Source of the DNA: Candidatus Thalassarchaeum betae
Lineage (GTDB): Archaea > Thermoplasmatota > Poseidoniia > Poseidoniales > Thalassarchaeaceae
Direction of reading: 5' to 3'
DNA length: 64,000 bases
Assembly (NCBI GenBank): GCA_003193925.1
Contig: PSPG01000001.1
Span: 128,001-192,000 of the forward strand
Shown in pieces: positions 19,342 to 28,666 of the stretch; the stretch's first letter is position 1; each line of letters opens with the position of its first letter. Under the pieces are notes generated by a model. That model did not search any database. It worked only from the letters and a program-made list of their open reading frames with translations, and was not told the origin of the DNA. The translations under genes and the position numbers were made by a program.

Positions 19342-19608
19342 TCATGTGCCGGTGAGCCAACCGAAGAAGGACGGGAAGGCGCTGTCCATCAGCCACAGTA
19401 TCACAAATCCAATGGCGCCGAGGATGAACATCCCGATACCGCAGACTATCACGGTCTGGCGGAACTCCTGCTTCGTTGGCTTCCTAGCCATCTTGAGGAT
19501 TCGGGCGTAGGATCCGGTCTGGAGGCTTCGAACGCGTCCCTCGATCTCGTCCTGCCAGCCCTGCACGGTCTCTTCGATCGGACCGACATTGGAACTCTCG
19601 ATAGCCAT
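19342..19608 (-). CDS. secE: Protein translocase SecE/Sec61 gamma
   Basis: RILKMARKPTKQEF followed by a TM helix with GAIGF. Confidence 0.9.
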   Translation of the reverse strand: MAIESSNVGPIEETVQGWQDEIEGRVRSLQTGSYARILKMARKPTKQEFRQTVIVCGIGMFILGAIGFVILWLMDSAFPSFFGWLTGT

Positions 19609-19700
19609 GACTAACCCTCGAAGCGACCCGGCGACCGACAGACCCCATTTAAGCACGCCGGGCGAGCCCTAAGGGGCTCGAAATCCATTGTCGACCTCAT

Positions 19701-20819
19701 TCAGTTCACGAACTCGACGGTGCGGTCCCTAAGGTTGCGCATCTGGGTGTGCAGCGCCGCACCGTGAATTTGCTCGCTCTTCACGCCGGTCAGCACGAGC
19801 AGGACCCTGATTTCGTCTCCCATCGAATCATCGGTGGTAGCACCCCAGATTATCCGAGCGTAGGGATTGATCTTGTCGCGAATCAGCTTGGCGCACTGCT
19901 CGGCGTCCCCGAGTGACAGGGTAGGCCCGCCGACGACGTTTACCAGAGCGCCGCGGGCATCGGAGATGTCGATGTCCAGAAGCGGTGATCGCAGAGCCTC
20001 CTCCGTGGCCTTCTCGGCGCTGCCTTCTCCTCTCGCCTCGCCGAGCCCGATCATCGCCACGCCGCCTCCGTTCTCCATGACGGAGCGGAGGTCCTCGAAA
20101 TCAAGGTTGACCACGCCCTCTTTGGCAATCATCTCGGAGACTCCGGCGATGCTCCTCATCAGCAGCTCATCGGCGACGCGGAATGCAGCGTCGAGGGGCA
20201 GGTCCCGTACCCCGTCGACTTCAAGCAGGCGCTCGTTGGGAAGCACGACTACCGTGTCGCACACCTCCCGCAACCTCTCCAAACCCCATTCCGCATTCTG
20301 CTTTCGCATGGCCCCCTCCGAGAGGAAGGGATAGCTCACCACAGCGATGGTCAGTGCTCCGGCTGTACGAGCCAGCCGGGCAACTACGTGGGCACTCCCT
20401 GTCCCAGTGCCACCTCCCAATCCCGCTGTGATGAATGCCAGGTCGCACCCGTCGACCTCTGTCTTGAGCGCCCGCTCCGACTCGTATGCGGCCTGCTCCC
20501 CCTTCTCAGGGTTACCGCCTGCGCCTCTGCCTCTAGCGGAGCGCCCAATCAGCACCTTGTTCTCGACGCTGACCGTCAGCAGGTGCTGGGCGTCGGTGTT
20601 GACGGCCAGACCCTTGACGTAGGTCCCGTCAAACAGCCCCTCGAGCTCGAGCCTCGCTACGGTGTTAGAGCCGCAGCCTCCGCAGCCGAACACTCGTATC
20701 TTAGGTTGCAGCGACCTGAGGAGACTCTTCAGCTCCGAATCGCTCTCCGTGCCGACCGGGGCCTTTGGTATCCCCTCGTCATCATGGAGTTCCAGAACTC
20801 TATCGATGAGGTGCTTCAC
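19701..20819 (-). CDS. ftsZ: Cell division protein FtsZ (FtsZ1-type context)
   Basis: GCGGCGSN, NTDAQHL, GLGGGTGTG, NLDFED; adjacent to secE-spt5. Confidence 0.95.
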   Translation of the reverse strand: MKHLIDRVLELHDDEGIPKAPVGTESDSELKSLLRSLQPKIRVFGCGGCGSNTVARLELEGLFDGTYVKGLAVNTDAQHLLTVSVENKVLIGRSARGRGAGGNPEKGEQAAYESERALKTEVDGCDLAFITAGLGGGTGTGSAHVVARLARTAGALTIAVVSYPFLSEGAMRKQNAEWGLERLREVCDTVVVLPNERLLEVDGVRDLPLDAAFRVADELLMRSIAGVSEMIAKEGVVNLDFEDLRSVMENGGGVAMIGLGEARGEGSAEKATEEALRSPLLDIDISDARGALVNVVGGPTLSLGDAEQCAKLIRDKINPYARIIWGATTDDSMGDEIRVLLVLTGVKSEQIHGAALHTQMRNLRDRTVEFVN

Positions 20820-20906
20820 GAGGTCGAGGCGAGTCGTAGAGAGGATAACCGTTACCCCCCGCCTCCGGCGGGACAGGCGTGTTTCAGCGGGTGCTCCACG
20901 AGCCCA

Positions 20907-21587
20907 CTAGCCGAGCAGTTGACTGCGAGTCTTGACGAAGCGGGAGAGGAAGGTGTAGACTCCGCCCCAGGCAGAAATCGCCAAGGCGGCGGTCATGCCG
21001 TTCAAATTGGAGTTGCCCAGCATCAGCCAGTCGGCGTAGTCGATGCCGCTGACGTCGATGCCGGCTCCGCCGGAGTATGCTTGCCAAGCGGCCGCAATCA
21101 GACAGGCGAGAGTGAGGACCAGACGGTCCGCCCGGGAGAAGCCGCCGTAGATCCGGTCGAGTCCGACAGACTGGGATTGTGTTCCCATGTAGGAGCCGAT
21201 CAGAGTCAAGACGGCGGCGACCAAGCCGGAACTCAACTCGTCGACGAAGGCGGCATTCATTCCGATGGCGATCAGGAGGCCGACGTCGACGACCCTGTCT
21301 ATCGTGTGGTCGAGGAAGTCGCCGTACGGCCCATCGACGCCCTGGTGTCGAGCCAGAGCCCCATCTAGGGCGTCGAGCACCCCGGCGAGCATGATGAGCA
21401 GAACGGCTCCGCCAATCATCGTCGCGCCATTGCCGTCGAGCCCAGCTCCGGCGAGCAGCCAGAAGGCCAAGAGTGCGACGACCAGGCTACCCCAAGTCAG
21501 AACATTGGGGTCGAGATTGCCCAGCCTCAGCACGAGGGGCTCGATTGCCTTGCTCCAAGTGCCCCTCATCTTCTCGAACATACTCAC
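20907..21587 (-). CDS. CDP-alcohol phosphatidyltransferase
   Basis: PNVLT, DALDGALAR...GDFLDHTIDR signature. Confidence 0.9.
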   Translation of the reverse strand: MSMFEKMRGTWSKAIEPLVLRLGNLDPNVLTWGSLVVALLAFWLLAGAGLDGNGATMIGGAVLLIMLAGVLDALDGALARHQGVDGPYGDFLDHTIDRVVDVGLLIAIGMNAAFVDELSSGLVAAVLTLIGSYMGTQSQSVGLDRIYGGFSRADRLVLTLACLIAAAWQAYSGGAGIDVSGIDYADWLMLGNSNLNGMTAALAISAWGGVYTFLSRFVKTRSQLLG

Positions 21588-22126
21588 TCCTCCATCAGGG
21601 CAACCCAGTCAATCACCGAGCCCGGGCTTGCTGGCTTGAAGCCATCTGCTATCCAATGCGACAGAGCAGCAACGATGGAGCCGGCATCGCTGTCCGTGCT
21701 GTCGAACTCGATCCACGGGGCATCTCCTTCGCGCTCGTTCCACGCCCCACCGAGCAACTCCCATTCCCAGTTGGCCTGCGTCTTCTCGGCCGAGTACCCC
21801 CTGCTCGCGAGCCTCTGCTCGAGGACGTCGGGCGAGCAGCGCAGCACAGCCACGGCATCGCTGGGAAGGTGGTGAGACAGGTGCCCGTCGACGATGAGTG
21901 GTTCTGCGGGTGGCGAGGACCACTCTGGGGCCAGCGAGTCGTACAATCTGTCGAGGTCGACCGGCCTGGCCCCGTCGGCTGGGTCGAGCTCGCCCAGACA
22001 GCCATGCTCCTGCGCGAGGGACTCGACTGAAACCATCGTGTATCCTCTCACCTTGAGCATCTCCGCTATGGTGCTCTTCCCAGTACCCGGGGTACCGGTG
22101 AGGGCGAGGCGAAAGCCACCTGTCAC
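21584..22126 (-). CDS. Adenylate kinase, AK6/Fap7 type
   Basis: TGTPGTGKST, DGHLSH, LRCSP..L..RL..RGY; start uncertain (22126 or 22153). Confidence 0.85.
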   Translation of the reverse strand: MTGGFRLALTGTPGTGKSTIAEMLKVRGYTMVSVESLAQEHGCLGELDPADGARPVDLDRLYDSLAPEWSSPPAEPLIVDGHLSHHLPSDAVAVLRCSPDVLEQRLASRGYSAEKTQANWEWELLGGAWNEREGDAPWIEFDSTDSDAGSIVAALSHWIADGFKPASPGSVIDWVALMEE

Positions 22127-22219
22127 ATAACCCCCGGCTGGTAAGGAAGCCATGAACGCTACGCGTCGCCGGCGCAACATTGACCTTCTCCTCCGGGCCC
22201 GCACGGGGTCGAGAGAGCC

Positions 22220-23350
22220 ATGGGAGAGGGCGAAGTCAATTGGATGAGAGCGATGGACCCGCGTCAGTCCAAGCTCAATCTCATGCTTCTGGCGATTCCA
22301 GCAACCTTCTACTTCGCGTACGTGTCAGGAGACCAGACAGCTGCCTTCTTCGCCTCGATGGTGGCGATAATGCCGCTCGCCTTCCTGATGGGCTTCGCAA
22401 CCGAGGAGATCGCCCTGCGGACCTCGGATTCGATTGGCGGTCTGCTCAACGCCACCTTCGGCAATGCGGCCGAGTTGATCATCGCGACATTCGCAATATG
22501 GGCGGCCTACCAAGCTGGTGCCGGCTCTGAGACTGCAGACGTCATGGTGCACATCGTCCAAGCCAGTCTGATAGGAAGCATCCTCGGCAACCTCCTGCTG
22601 GTGATGGGATTGGCATTCGTCTGGGGTGGAATCCATCACAAGGTTCAGACCTTCAATGAGACCCAATTCGTCGCCAACAGCTCGCTGCTGCTGCTCGCGG
22701 TGATTACCCTGGTCGTCCCCACCGTGTACCACCTCACCGTGGGAGGGGAGGAAGGCAACGCAGGGGTGGTTAATCTCTCGAGGGCGGCCGCGCTGGTCCT
22801 GCTCGGGATGTACGTTCTGTTCCTGCTGTTCCAACTGCGCACGCACTCCGACCTTTTCGCCACCGACGGCATTAATGACGAGGAGCCCCAGATGAGCAAG
22901 CGCGACGCGGTCGTGCTTCTCCTAGTCGCCACGGTGTTCGTCTCTTGGATGGCTGAGATTCTCGTACACTCACTGGAGACCGCGGCCAATGAGGTCGGCC
23001 TGTCGTACCTCTTCATCGGAGTAATCCTGGTCCCGCTTTTCGGCAACGCGGCCGAGCACTTCACCGCGGTGACCGTCGCAGGCAAGGACAAGATGGACCT
23101 CTCGTTCGCCATCGCTATCGGCTCGAGCACCCAGATCGCGGTGTTCGTAGCCCCCTTGATGGTGGTCTTCGCCTGGATGCTCGGCGTCGGGCTGACCTTT
23201 GAGTTCGGGATCTTGGAAACGGTCGCCGCCTTCCTCGCCGTGATGATCGTCAACGCCATCGCAGCGGACGGCAAGAGCAACTGGCTTGAGGGCGCGATGC
23301 TTCTGGGAGCCTACACCGTCTTGGCTCTGGCCTTCTGGTTCCATCCCTGA
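22220..23350 (+). CDS. cax: Calcium/proton exchanger (CAX)
   Basis: LLNATFGNAAE and GNAAEH alpha repeats, GSSTQIA, SNWLEG. Confidence 0.92.
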   Translation: MGEGEVNWMRAMDPRQSKLNLMLLAIPATFYFAYVSGDQTAAFFASMVAIMPLAFLMGFATEEIALRTSDSIGGLLNATFGNAAELIIATFAIWAAYQAGAGSETADVMVHIVQASLIGSILGNLLLVMGLAFVWGGIHHKVQTFNETQFVANSSLLLLAVITLVVPTVYHLTVGGEEGNAGVVNLSRAAALVLLGMYVLFLLFQLRTHSDLFATDGINDEEPQMSKRDAVVLLLVATVFVSWMAEILVHSLETAANEVGLSYLFIGVILVPLFGNAAEHFTAVTVAGKDKMDLSFAIAIGSSTQIAVFVAPLMVVFAWMLGVGLTFEFGILETVAAFLAVMIVNAIAADGKSNWLEGAMLLGAYTVLALAFWFHP

Positions 23351-23443
23351 ACAGAGGAACGCGTCTAGTTCGTCCCATATAGATCAAACAAATATTAGCA
23401 GTTGAAGATAGATATTTTATGGAAAAAACGGTTGCCTGAAATC

Positions 23444-23677
23444 ATGATGTTCGAATGCAATATAGACGCGAGAGGTAAGGCGTATCGCCTCAAGCTCGGA
23501 ATCATGGGGGTCGTAGTTGGGTTGGTATTGGCGGCAGTCTTCTACTTTGCAGGAATCGATTGGGGTGTTCTACGGTTAATTCCTATGGCAATCATAGGCG
23601 GAGGAGTATTTTCTATTTTCGAAGGCCTGGCTGGGTGGTGCGTTGTACGAGCATTGGGATTCCGAACTCCTCTGTGA
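23444..23677 (+). CDS. Small two-TM protein (YgaP/DUF2892-like)
   Basis: CNID..R..TM-TM..GWCVVRALGFRTPL; AT-rich. Confidence 0.7.
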   Translation: MMFECNIDARGKAYRLKLGIMGVVVGLVLAAVFYFAGIDWGVLRLIPMAIIGGGVFSIFEGLAGWCVVRALGFRTPL

Positions 23678-23683
23678 GAGAAA

Positions 23684-23806
23684 TCAGATACTCCTCCGCA
23701 TGCCCAGAGGGTCCCTCAGTGCGGACTCAAGATCTTCGTGCACAAAGTCGTAACTCTCCTTCTGCATTGACTGTGGTTGTGTGTTAATATTTGTAAAATT
23801 AATCAC
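23684..23806 (-). pseudogene. Remnant resembling the C-terminus of a TIGR01777/DUF1731 epimerase
   Basis: Manual translation gives ...TQPQSMQKESYDFVHEDLESALRDPLGMRRSI*. Confidence 0.4.
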
Positions 23807-23834
23807 CTCAGTTTCTACTTGGGTACCCTCTGAT

Positions 23835-25085
23835 TCAGATTTTCGAGTAGTATTCTGAGACTGCGTCTTCTAAATCGGAGCCCGCACGGCTCTCGTCGAT
23901 GCTCACAGTCACACCGTCACGACGGATTGCTTGACCTCCGACCAGTACGTCGAGACACCTCGTTCCGCTGTAGATCAGGTTGGCCAGCAGCCTCCTGCCG
24001 TCACGGCCCCACGGCCGCATCCTGATGTCGTCGAGATCCCAGGTGACCCAGTCGATGGAACCCTTGGTGGCCAGTTGCCAGGTTTCCACGGGGTTGAGGA
24101 TCCTCGCATCCCAGTGGTCGTGCCTCTGGATCAGACTCGCCACCTTAGCCTCGGCACGCATGTCGAGGCTGTTGTTGCTGGCGGCGCCGTCGGTCCCTAG
24201 ACGGATGTCGACGCCGGCCTCGCGCATAGCCGGGTAGGACATGGTGCCGCCGCAGGCGAGCTTCTGGTTGCTGTTCGGACAGTGGACGGCGTGAGCCTCG
24301 TGACCTGCGAGTATGCGCATCTCCTTCTTGGTGACCCAGCCGCAGTGGGCGCACACCGTGCCCTCCTGGAAGTAGCCGATGGAGTCGAGGTACTCGACGG
24401 GGTACATGCCGTGCTCGGCGTGGCAGTCGGCGACCTCCTTGCGGGTCTCGCTGGTGTGTATGTGGAGTCTGCAGCCGAGCTCAGAGGCCATCTCGGCAGC
24501 CTTCAGCAGCGTCTCCTCGCTGCAGGTGTAGACCGCGTGGGTGCCGATCCCGTACTCGACTCGGTCGGACGGTACTCCTCCTCTCAGCAGACCACCCATC
24601 TTCTGCAGGGCCTCGGCCCCGCCAGAGGGGTAGGAGGGAGTCGGGAAGTCGGTGATCGGCCCGCAGGCGACGCCTCGCATGCCAGCCTCGACTAGGACGC
24701 CGGCCACCACGTCCGGGTGGTAGTACATGTCACAGGCGAAGGTCGTGCCAGTGGCAATCATCTCAGCCGCAGCTGCTCTGGTGCCCGCTTCGACGAACTC
24801 AGCAGTTAGGCCCTTCTCCACAGGGAAGACCGAGGTCTCGAGCCACTCCATCAGCGGCAGACCCTCGCCCATCGAGCGATTGAGGATCATCGCGAGGTGG
24901 GTGTGCCAGTTCTGCAGGGAGCGCGTCACCAGGCGCATCGTACCGTCAATCGTCTCGGCCACGTCCTCGTCGCCATTGCTCGCACAGTACGAGCCGTCTG
25001 GGTGGAGTAGGAAATCGCCGTGCTGGACTGCACCATCATGGTCAACCAGGCGCGTTCCTGTGACCCGTCGCACACCCCCGTCCAT
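23835..25085 (-). CDS. Amidohydrolase, MTA/SAH deaminase-like
   Basis: NWHTH, DMYY, HAVYTCS, HIHTSET, AHC, HCPNSN, LGTDGAASNN. Confidence 0.87.
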   Translation of the reverse strand: MDGGVRRVTGTRLVDHDGAVQHGDFLLHPDGSYCASNGDEDVAETIDGTMRLVTRSLQNWHTHLAMILNRSMGEGLPLMEWLETSVFPVEKGLTAEFVEAGTRAAAAEMIATGTTFACDMYYHPDVVAGVLVEAGMRGVACGPITDFPTPSYPSGGAEALQKMGGLLRGGVPSDRVEYGIGTHAVYTCSEETLLKAAEMASELGCRLHIHTSETRKEVADCHAEHGMYPVEYLDSIGYFQEGTVCAHCGWVTKKEMRILAGHEAHAVHCPNSNQKLACGGTMSYPAMREAGVDIRLGTDGAASNNSLDMRAEAKVASLIQRHDHWDARILNPVETWQLATKGSIDWVTWDLDDIRMRPWGRDGRRLLANLIYSGTRCLDVLVGGQAIRRDGVTVSIDESRAGSDLEDAVSEYYSKI

Positions 25086-25123
25086 GGACGAGCGAGCGGC
25101 CCGCCCGACTCAAGTGTTCTCCA

Positions 25124-26152
25124 TCAGTAGTCGTAGACCATCTCTGAGAAATGCAGCAGGTTCCCCTCCCTCGCGTTCTCCGACATGTACTGGATGAAGT
25201 AACGCGCTCGCGCGCCCTGATCGAAGGTTATCTCGCTACGCTCACCATAGCGGCTCATCAGATTGGTCACCGAGGGATTGTGCTGGTCGACGGTGCACTG
25301 AGCGACCTCGCTGGGCTCTTGGCCGGGCTTGTAGCCCTCGTAGAGGTCGCTCGCGTTGCAGCCGATATCATCCTCACACCAGGTATAGCAGTCGTAGGGG
25401 GTCGAGCAGATGAAGTCGCCAGTGCGGTAGCATTGGTCGGTGGGAGTGACCCAGTCCTGCGTCCAGATGAATGCCCGCGAGAGGTCCGAGTCCGAGTTCG
25501 GATCGTCGTGGAACTGGTGGGTGTGGTAGAGGCCGAGGAAGTGCCCGAGTTCGTGGCTCGGAACGGGGCTTGTCGCGAATGTCGAAGCGCGCACCGTGCT
25601 GAAGTAGTATTCTCGCGAATACCACGGATACATGCTGTAAGATCCCCAGCCGTTGCTCTGCATGACGATGTTGACATTGGCTGGGTTGTAGCCTTCAACG
25701 AAGGCGTCGCCGAGTTGGGATATCGAAATCTGGTCACCGAAATCACCACCGTCTTCGCTCGAGTTGTTGAGTGTGCCCGGCTTCTCACCCTCCTCCCCTT
25801 CCTCCTCGTCTTGGACGTCGGGGAAGGCGTCGTCGACCCAGATTATCTCGTCGAGGACGAAGTCGATTCCAGAGGGGTTGTAGACCGAGTTAATCATTTC
25901 GATTCCGGTGGCGATGGAGGTCTCGTTGATGAGCCATTCGACACCGTCGTTGTCTCGATAGACGAAGATGGTGATGGAGAGTTGTCTCACTGGCCCTGCC
26001 TCGCAATCTAGTCCCGGGTAGGGCGAGTCCTCGGTGATTTCTACCCAGTATCCCTGCTCATCGCAGCCTTCCGGCTCCGCCTCGCCACCGAGGCAGCCCG
26101 AGAGAACGGGTGCGACGAGAATCAGCACGAGCAAGGCGGCAGCTCTTCGCAT
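25124..26152 (-). CDS. M43 (pappalysin-like) zinc metalloprotease lipoprotein
   Basis: Lipobox LSGC; HELGHFLGLYHT; Met-turn NLMS. Confidence 0.82.
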   Translation of the reverse strand: MRRAAALLVLILVAPVLSGCLGGEAEPEGCDEQGYWVEITEDSPYPGLDCEAGPVRQLSITIFVYRDNDGVEWLINETSIATGIEMINSVYNPSGIDFVLDEIIWVDDAFPDVQDEEEGEEGEKPGTLNNSSEDGGDFGDQISISQLGDAFVEGYNPANVNIVMQSNGWGSYSMYPWYSREYYFSTVRASTFATSPVPSHELGHFLGLYHTHQFHDDPNSDSDLSRAFIWTQDWVTPTDQCYRTGDFICSTPYDCYTWCEDDIGCNASDLYEGYKPGQEPSEVAQCTVDQHNPSVTNLMSRYGERSEITFDQGARARYFIQYMSENAREGNLLHFSEMVYDY

Positions 26153-26197
26153 GAGCCTGACTCGAGGTGGTAGGGCTAAACCCTTGCTGGCCCGGCT

Positions 26198-26893
26198 TCA
26201 GTTGCTGGACTTCGGCATGAACGGTATCAGCTTGCCCGCCAGCGCTTCGATGTTCCGAGTTTGGATCCAAACCTTGCCCGCTCCTGTTAACCGCAGTACA
26301 AAACCTTCGCCTCCGAACATGGTAGTCTTGAGTCCTCCCGACGGAGCCACACCGTAGGACACCCCCTCAGTGAAGGCTACGAGGTGTCCGTTGTCCACAA
26401 TTATCGGGGCATCTGGTGTTACTTCGAGCTCCTTGACAGCCCCGTAGGAACTGTAGAAAACCTGACCGGGACCACCTTGTGAGAATGCCCTCAGGAAGAA
26501 GCCTCCTTCTCTGGACAGGAGCGCCTTGGCACCTTGGAATTTGGTATCGTACTCCACGTTCGGCGAGCAGGCCATGAAGGCCCCCCCTTGCATGTACAGT
26601 CCTTCACCCGGGACCAAGTCAAATGTTGAGACATCTCCCGGAGCTGAAGGAGCCATCGATATCCATCCACCAGAAGGTCCTGCGGTGTATGTGTTGACGA
26701 AGAACGACTCCCCGCCCACTACGGCCTTGAAGAGACCCCTCATCAGTCCCCCCTTACTTGCTCTGCCTGTGCTGACACTCACATCAGATGACTGGGCCAC
26801 CATGGCACCGGGTTCGACCTTGATTGACTCTCCAGGTCCGAGGTTGGCGGTCATCAGTGTGAAGGCTGGTTGGAACTCGCATTCTGCGTCCAT
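26198..26893 (-). CDS. TIGR00266/AIM24 family protein
   Basis: VEPGAMV, GGESFF, SYGA, VDNGHLVAF, GEG, QTRN. Confidence 0.87.
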   Translation of the reverse strand: MDAECEFQPAFTLMTANLGPGESIKVEPGAMVAQSSDVSVSTGRASKGGLMRGLFKAVVGGESFFVNTYTAGPSGGWISMAPSAPGDVSTFDLVPGEGLYMQGGAFMACSPNVEYDTKFQGAKALLSREGGFFLRAFSQGGPGQVFYSSYGAVKELEVTPDAPIIVDNGHLVAFTEGVSYGVAPSGGLKTTMFGGEGFVLRLTGAGKVWIQTRNIEALAGKLIPFMPKSSN

Positions 26894-26937
26894 GACAACT
26901 CTCTGGAAGCACGGCTTTTTAATTGAATGGGGATGGA

Positions 26938-27558
26938 TTAGACAACGCATTTCGCATTGAGGAGGCTGACCGTCTCACCTTCGGAGTTCTTCATCCATGC
27001 CTCCACTACATCCCCCTCATGCATCGGTCCGACGCCTTTCGGGGTGCCAGTCCAGACAAGGTCGCCCGGTGAGAGATCGTACCAGCCCTTGAGGTGGCTG
27101 AGAATTGACTCGACAGAGTGCACCATCAGCTCGGTCGAGGCCTGCTGCCTCACCTCGCCATTGACCGACATCCCGATCTCGACCGGTCGAGGATCCCAAG
27201 CCGTCCAGGTCCCGAGCACTCCCGAGCCTGCGAAGCCCTTGCCCTCGAGCCAGGGCCAGCCATTGTGCTTGGCATGTGTCTGACGAGTCCTGTTGGTGGT
27301 GTCGTTGCCTACGCACATCTCGACCGGCTCCAACTCATCACCGAGTCGGATGACCAACTCGACCTCGTGGTCGATGTGCTCCTCAGCCACCCCGAGTGCG
27401 ATCACGTTGTTGCCGTTCTCGTCGGCCTCGATGAGAGCGGTCGGTGGCATCAGGAAGAAGCGGGGGTAGTCGGTGATGTCCCCGTGAATCTCCTTGGCGT
27501 GCCCCACGTAGTTGCGGAAAACAGCCCAGCCGACGCCCACGGCGCCGCCAGCGAACAC
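26938..27558 (-). CDS. Fumarylacetoacetate hydrolase family protein
   Basis: RNYxxHAKE, DHEVELV, NDTT, PGDLVWTGTP; GTG start assumed. Confidence 0.85.
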   Translation of the reverse strand: MFAGGAVGVGWAVFRNYVGHAKEIHGDITDYPRFFLMPPTALIEADENGNNVIALGVAEEHIDHEVELVIRLGDELEPVEMCVGNDTTNRTRQTHAKHNGWPWLEGKGFAGSGVLGTWTAWDPRPVEIGMSVNGEVRQQASTELMVHSVESILSHLKGWYDLSPGDLVWTGTPKGVGPMHEGDVVEAWMKNSEGETVSLLNAKCVV

Positions 27559-27628
27559 AGCACCATTAGCACATCGGTGCCAATCACCCTCCGAGGGTTG
27601 AAGGCTCTCCCTCCGACCAAAGCGCTCG

Positions 27629-28615
27629 ATGGCCGAGGACCCGTACCGCGTTCTAGGCGTTTCTCCCGACGCGACAGACGCGGAAATCAAGCGGGCCTAC
27701 CGCAAACTCGCCCGGCAGTACCACCCCGACCGCAACCCGGGTGACGCAGCGGCCGAGGAGCGGTTCAAGGCGATTCAGGCTGCCTACGAGGCCGTAGGAA
27801 CGGCCGAGGCGCGCAAGGAGAACGACCAGCGCCGCCGGATGGAGGAGATGTTCGGAGGCGGAGGCTCCCAGGGCAACCCGTTCGGAGGGGGCTCCGGAGG
27901 AGTCGACCTAGGCGACATCATCTCGCAGTTCATGGGTGGACGGGGGACATCGACTCCTGGCTTCGATTTCAGGTTCTCTCAGGGCTTCGGAGGCAGGCAG
28001 ACCCAGCAGCCCAGGAGCGAGCCCACCGAGCCATCTAGGGGAGCGGTCATCGAGGCTGGACTCGATGTCTCGCTCGAGCAGGCCTCGAGCGGTACCGAGG
28101 TCAAGTTCGCCCACCGCAGACTGAAGCGCTGCGACAAGTGCAAAGGCTCGAGTTTCGGCACCTCGAAGCGCTGCGCTCCGTGCAACGGCACAGGGGTCCA
28201 GACCAAGGGAAGCACACTCGCGGTGAAGGTGCCCCCGAACGCTAGCCACGGGCAACTGCTCCGACTGAAGGGAATGGGCCACGAGCACCCGCAGGGCGAG
28301 CCGGGGGACCTGCTTATCACCCTGAGGCTCGACGCCGAGGAGGGCCGCCGCTGGGAGGACGGCAGGCTGGTCCAAGAGGTCCCCATTCCCATCACCACAC
28401 TGTTGCTCGGCGGCAAGGTTAGAATCAGCACTCCTGTCGGCAAACGGGTGCAGATCGATGTGCCAGAGGGGACCCGGGTAGGCGACCGCCGGCGACTGCA
28501 GGGCCACGGCCACTCAGGGGGCCCTCTGGACATCGAATTCACGCTCGCTGAGCCAGACAAACTGACCAAGTCCCAGCGCGACGCCTTAGAGAGCCTGCGG
28601 GACAGCGGCCTGTGA
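27629..28615 (+). CDS. DnaJ-like chaperone (J domain, reduced zinc finger, C-terminal domain)
   Basis: YRKLARQYHPD, G/F region, two CxxCxG motifs, PGDL. Confidence 0.88.
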   Translation: MAEDPYRVLGVSPDATDAEIKRAYRKLARQYHPDRNPGDAAAEERFKAIQAAYEAVGTAEARKENDQRRRMEEMFGGGGSQGNPFGGGSGGVDLGDIISQFMGGRGTSTPGFDFRFSQGFGGRQTQQPRSEPTEPSRGAVIEAGLDVSLEQASSGTEVKFAHRRLKRCDKCKGSSFGTSKRCAPCNGTGVQTKGSTLAVKVPPNASHGQLLRLKGMGHEHPQGEPGDLLITLRLDAEEGRRWEDGRLVQEVPIPITTLLLGGKVRISTPVGKRVQIDVPEGTRVGDRRRLQGHGHSGGPLDIEFTLAEPDKLTKSQRDALESLRDSGL

Positions 28616-28666
28616 CCGCGGAGCCATCCACGGAAGGATTGAAGCCAGCGATTCAGAGGCTCGCGC

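Noticed and set aside
19663-19680. CGAGCCC-TAAG-GGGCTCG hairpin between ftsZ and secE
   Set aside because: Could be a terminator or processing site, but has no clear adjacent U-tract or second copy to support a call.
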